A stretch of 64,000 nucleotides of DNA from an uncultured Gammaproteobacteria bacterium (GTDB lineage Bacteria > Pseudomonadota > Gammaproteobacteria > UBA9214): NCBI GenBank assembly GCA_963701455.1, contig CAVPAE010000001.1, forward strand, positions 84,841 through 148,840. Direction: 5' to 3'. Made by a program: the position numbers and the translations under genes. The notes beneath the pieces are model-generated. The model searched no databases, was not told where the DNA came from, and was given only the letters and a program-made list of their open reading frames with translations. Shown piece by piece: positions 60,754 to 64,000 of the stretch; within the stretch, counting starts at the first letter, position 1; each line of letters starts with the position of its first letter.

Positions 60754-61191
60754 ATGCATGCGCCGCTGCAGCCATTCAACCTGGTGCTGCGCATCGGGGC
60801 GAAGATGCTGATCCCGCTGATCCTGATGTTCGCGCTGTACGTGCAGTTCCACGGCGAGTCCGGACCGGGTGGCGGCTTCCAGGCCGGCGTGATTTTTGCA
60901 GCGGCCTTTATCCTGTATGCCCTGGTGTTCGGCATGGGCGCGGCCCGCGCCGTCGCCCCGGAACGGGTATTGCGGATGCTGGCGGCACTGGGGGTGCTGC
61001 TGTACTACGGCGTTGGCGTTGCCTCACTGTTCGCCGGCGGTAATTTTCTCGACTACGACGTGCTCGCACAGGATGGTGTCAGCGGCCAGCATCTCGGCAT
61101 ATTCCTGATAGAACTCGGCATCGGCATCACGGTTGCCAGCGTCATGATGATCATCTTCTTTGCCTTCGCCGAACGCGGGGTAACGCGATGA
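60754..61191 (+). CDS. mrpB: Mrp antiporter subunit B
   Basis: It is 145 aa with the Gly-rich motif GESGPGGGFQAGVIFAAA. Confidence 0.7.
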   Translation: MHAPLQPFNLVLRIGAKMLIPLILMFALYVQFHGESGPGGGFQAGVIFAAAFILYALVFGMGAARAVAPERVLRMLAALGVLLYYGVGVASLFAGGNFLDYDVLAQDGVSGQHLGIFLIELGIGITVASVMMIIFFAFAERGVTR

Positions 61192-61544
61192 GCCACCTGG
61201 TCGGGCATTACAACTACTGGATAGTAATCTTCCTGATGATGGCCGGCCTCTACGTGGTGATCGCACAGGGCAACCTGGTAAAGAAGATCGTCGGCCTCAA
61301 CATCTTCCAGGCCTCGGTGTACCTTCTGTTCATCAGCATGGCCAAGGTCGAGGGCGGCACCGCGCCGATCATCGTCGCGGGCACCACGCTGTATTCCAAC
61401 CCGCTGCCGCACGTGCTGATCCTCACCGCCATCGTGGTCGGCGTGGCCACCACGGCCCTGGCGCTGGCGCTGGTGGTGCGCATCAACGGCGCCTACAGCA
61501 GCGTCGAGGAAGACGAGATCCACGAGCAAGACCAGTCGTTTTGA
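61188..61544 (+). CDS. mrpC: Mrp antiporter subunit C (NuoK-like)
   Basis: It is 118 aa and NuoK-like (IVGLNIFQASVYLLFIS). Confidence 0.75.
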   Translation: MSHLVGHYNYWIVIFLMMAGLYVVIAQGNLVKKIVGLNIFQASVYLLFISMAKVEGGTAPIIVAGTTLYSNPLPHVLILTAIVVGVATTALALALVVRINGAYSSVEEDEIHEQDQSF

Positions 61545-63025
61545 TCAGCGAACACCTTCCAATCCTGCAGGTCCTGGTGCCCTTGCTGGCAGCGCCGCTG
61601 TGCCTGCTGGTCTACGAGCGGCGCTTTGCCTGGGTCATCAGCATGGCCCTGAGCCTGGCGGCCCTGGTAATCGCCGTGTTGCTGCTGCAGCGCACCCTCG
61701 CGGACGGCGTCATTTCCTACGAGATTGGCGGCTGGTCCGTGCACTGGGGCATCGAGTACCGCGTCGACATCGTCAACGCCTTCGTGCTGCTGGTCGTGAC
61801 CACGATCGCCAGCGTGGTGCTGCTGTATGCCCGCCAGAGCATCCTCGGGGAACTCTACAAGGGACGTATCCCACTGTTCTACGCGCTGTACATGCTGTGC
61901 CTCGGCGGCCTGCTCGGCGTCACCATCACCGGCGATGTGTTCAACCTGTTCGTGTTCATGGAGATCTCGGCGCTGTCCTCCTACACCCTGATCGCGCTCA
62001 GCCAGGAGCGGCGCGCGCTGACCTCGGCCTACCAGTACCTGATCATGGGAACCATCGGTGCGACCTTCCTGCTGATCGGCATCGGCCTGATGTATATCAT
62101 GACGGGCACCCTGAACATGCGTGACCTGGCGGATACCCTGCCGGCGGTCACCGGCACCCGCACCATCGAGACCGCGTTTGCGTTCATCGTGGTGGGGATC
62201 AGCATCAAGCTCGCACTGGTGCCGATGCACCTGTGGCTGCCGAACGCCTACGCCTACGCACCCTCGGCGGTCACGGCCTTCATCGCCTCGACCGCGACCA
62301 AGGTCGCCTTTTACGTGCTGCTGCGCTTCCTGTTCACGATCTTCGGTGTCGGCTTCGCCTTCAGCAGCATGCTGCTCGGCGGCATCTTCCTGGTGCTGGC
62401 GCTGCTGGCGATCTTCGCCGGCTCGACTGCCGCCATCTTCCAGGACAACGTCAAGCGCATGCTGGCCTATTCCAGCGTCGCCCAGATCGGCTTCATGATC
62501 CTCGGCGTGAGCTTCGCCACGACCACCGGTGTAGGCGCCGCCATCCTGCACCTGTTCAACCATGCCCTCATGAAGGCGGCGCTGTTCATGGCGCTCGGCT
62601 GCGTGTTCTACCGGCTGGGCAGCGTGACTGTCACGGATATGCGGGGGCTGGGCCGCGAGATGCCGTGGACCATGACGGCCTTTGTCATCGGCGGGCTCAG
62701 CCTCGTCGGCGTGCCGCTCACGGTCGGCTTCATCAGCAAGTGGTACCTGGTACTGGGCGCGCTCGAACAGGGCTGGTGGCCGATTGCGGCCGCCGTGCTG
62801 CTGGCATCACTGCTGACGCTGGCATACATCTGGCGGGTGGTGGATGCGGCCTGGTTGCAGGCACCACCCGCGCAGCGGCAGGAGGTTGTTGCGGAGGCGC
62901 CGCCCGGCATGCTGCTGCCGCTGTGGGCGCTGATCCTCGCCAACCTCTACTTCGGCGTCGACACCAGCCTGTCGGTGGGTGTTGCCATGCAGGCCGCGGC
63001 CTGGCTGCTTGGGGGTGGCGGATGA
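61541..63025 (+). CDS. mrpD: Mrp antiporter subunit D (NuoN/NuoM-like proton-pumping subunit)
   Basis: It is a 494-aa polytopic protein of the complex I antiporter-like family. Confidence 0.8.
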   Translation: MISEHLPILQVLVPLLAAPLCLLVYERRFAWVISMALSLAALVIAVLLLQRTLADGVISYEIGGWSVHWGIEYRVDIVNAFVLLVVTTIASVVLLYARQSILGELYKGRIPLFYALYMLCLGGLLGVTITGDVFNLFVFMEISALSSYTLIALSQERRALTSAYQYLIMGTIGATFLLIGIGLMYIMTGTLNMRDLADTLPAVTGTRTIETAFAFIVVGISIKLALVPMHLWLPNAYAYAPSAVTAFIASTATKVAFYVLLRFLFTIFGVGFAFSSMLLGGIFLVLALLAIFAGSTAAIFQDNVKRMLAYSSVAQIGFMILGVSFATTTGVGAAILHLFNHALMKAALFMALGCVFYRLGSVTVTDMRGLGREMPWTMTAFVIGGLSLVGVPLTVGFISKWYLVLGALEQGWWPIAAAVLLASLLTLAYIWRVVDAAWLQAPPAQRQEVVAEAPPGMLLPLWALILANLYFGVDTSLSVGVAMQAAAWLLGGGG

Positions 63026-64000
63026 ATACACTCATCACCCTGCAGCTTGCCTTCTGGGTACCCCTGGCCGGTGCCGTGCTGATCGTGGCGACAGGCCGGC
63101 ATGCGGCCGTGCGCGACGGCGTCACCCTCGCCACTGCAATCACGCTGTTCGGCTCCCTGCTGGCGCTGGCACCGGCGGTCTTTGGCGGCGCGCGTCCTGC
63201 GCTGACACTGCTGGAACCGTTGCCCGGCCTGCCGCTGCAGCTGACGCTGGAACCGCTGGGCATGCTGTTCGCGCTGCTGGCGAGTTCGCTGTGGATCATT
63301 ACCACCCTGTATTCCTTCGGCTACATGGGCGCACACCAGGGGCACAACCTGACGCGTTTTTACGCCTGCTTTGCACTCTCGTTGTGGGCGGCGACGGGGA
63401 TGGCGCTTGCCGGCAACCTGCTCACCCTGTTCGTGTGCTACGAACTCCTGACGCTGGCCACCTGGCCGCTGGTCACCCATGCCGGCACGCCCGAGGCGCA
63501 CCGCAGCGGGCGCCTCTACGTGGGACTGCTGCTGGGGACCTCGATCAGCCTGCTGCTGCTCGCGATCATCTGGACCTGGCAGCTGACCGGCACCCTGGAC
63601 TTCGTCGAGGGCGGTTTCCTGCAGGACAGCGCGTCACCTGCCGTGCTGGGCATCCTGCTGCTGCTGTACGTCTTCGGCATCGGCAAGGCCGCGCTCATGC
63701 CCTTCCACCGCTGGCTGCCGGCCGCCATGGTGGCGCCCACGCCGGTGAGTGCACTGCTGCACGCCGTGGCCGTGGTGAAAGGCGGCGTGTTCTTCATCCT
63801 GAAGGTCGCGCTGTACGTGTTCGGCATCGATACGCTGGCGCAGCTATGGAGCACGCAGTGGCTGCTGTATGCCGCCGGCCTCACCATCCTGCTGGCCTCG
63901 CTGGTGGCGCTGCGCCAGGACAATCTCAAGCTGCGGCTGGCCTACTCCACCATCAGCCAGCTCGGCTACATCGTGGCAGGCGCCATGCTGGCCACCTCGG
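63022..64000 (+). CDS. Second NuoL/M/N-like antiporter subunit (MrpD2/MrpA-like), 3'-truncated by the window end
   Basis: It starts with an ATGA overlap on the mrpD stop. The open frame continues to the window edge and has the conserved HAGTPEAH...WLPAAMVAPTPVSALLHA motifs. Confidence 0.7.
   Translation, partial: MNTLITLQLAFWVPLAGAVLIVATGRHAAVRDGVTLATAITLFGSLLALAPAVFGGARPALTLLEPLPGLPLQLTLEPLGMLFALLASSLWIITTLYSFGYMGAHQGHNLTRFYACFALSLWAATGMALAGNLLTLFVCYELLTLATWPLVTHAGTPEAHRSGRLYVGLLLGTSISLLLLAIIWTWQLTGTLDFVEGGFLQDSASPAVLGILLLLYVFGIGKAALMPFHRWLPAAMVAPTPVSALLHAVAVVKGGVFFILKVALYVFGIDTLAQLWSTQWLLYAAGLTILLASLVALRQDNLKLRLAYSTISQLGYIVAGAMLATS

Noticed and set aside
1-64000. Mobile elements, integrases, transposases and tRNA-linked island boundaries
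   Set aside because: No transposase, integrase or recombinase ORFs and no tRNA-like structures were found. The accessory cluster appears to be bounded by REP-like repeats rather than IS elements.

Overview
High-GC gammaproteobacterial-type chromosomal window with three blocks. (1) 1-14.7 kb is a phosphate-homeostasis island: pstC(partial)-pstA-pstB-pstB2, phoB-phoR, a PiT transporter with a DUF47 partner, a NUDIX hydrolase, a two-domain PPK2 polyphosphate:AMP phosphotransferase, a 2-phosphoglycerate-kinase-like/ApgM-like gene pair, a hemerythrin-like protein, a TlpA-like thioredoxin and a DUF2059 protein. (2) 14.9-46.6 kb is a roughly 31 kb accessory cluster, all on the minus strand. It holds four paralogous giant (about 1200 aa) nonaheme c-type cytochromes. 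Each has a different N-terminal extracellular-type domain, a poly-Thr linker, and a conserved heme module with a Cys-rich NYELGMHCTGFEFAYCCVLP motif. Two cytochromes are intact and two are broken by frameshifts. Each pair comes with a parvulin/SurA-like PPIase. A periplasmic glycosylation module (methyltransferase, flippase-like protein, FemAB-like protein, GT2, YdjC deacetylase and a 947-aa GT-C) sits in the middle of the cluster, together with a second TlpA and a Ca-binding TSP3/dockerin-like protein. A PAS-containing sigma54 enhancer-binding protein heads the cluster. Candidate -24/-12 promoters with upstream TGACAG/CTGTCA repeat arrays precede three cytochrome genes, and a fourth diverges toward the ccm operon. 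(3) 47.3-64 kb carries the System I cytochrome c maturation operon ccmABCDEFGHI, a second DUF47 protein, a glutamate dehydrogenase, a CPA2 antiporter and an Mrp-type operon (mrpEFG-DUF4040-BCDD'). A dispersed REP-like repeat family with a CTCCTACA...TGTAGGAG hairpin core occurs throughout, including a 103-bp x 4.7 tandem array. The sequence carries an unusually high number of apparent frameshifts (more than 20, including ccmA, ccmB, ccmD, gdh and one PPIase), so it is either a low-accuracy assembly or a decaying locus. No CRISPR, rRNA, tRNA, transposase or integrase was seen.
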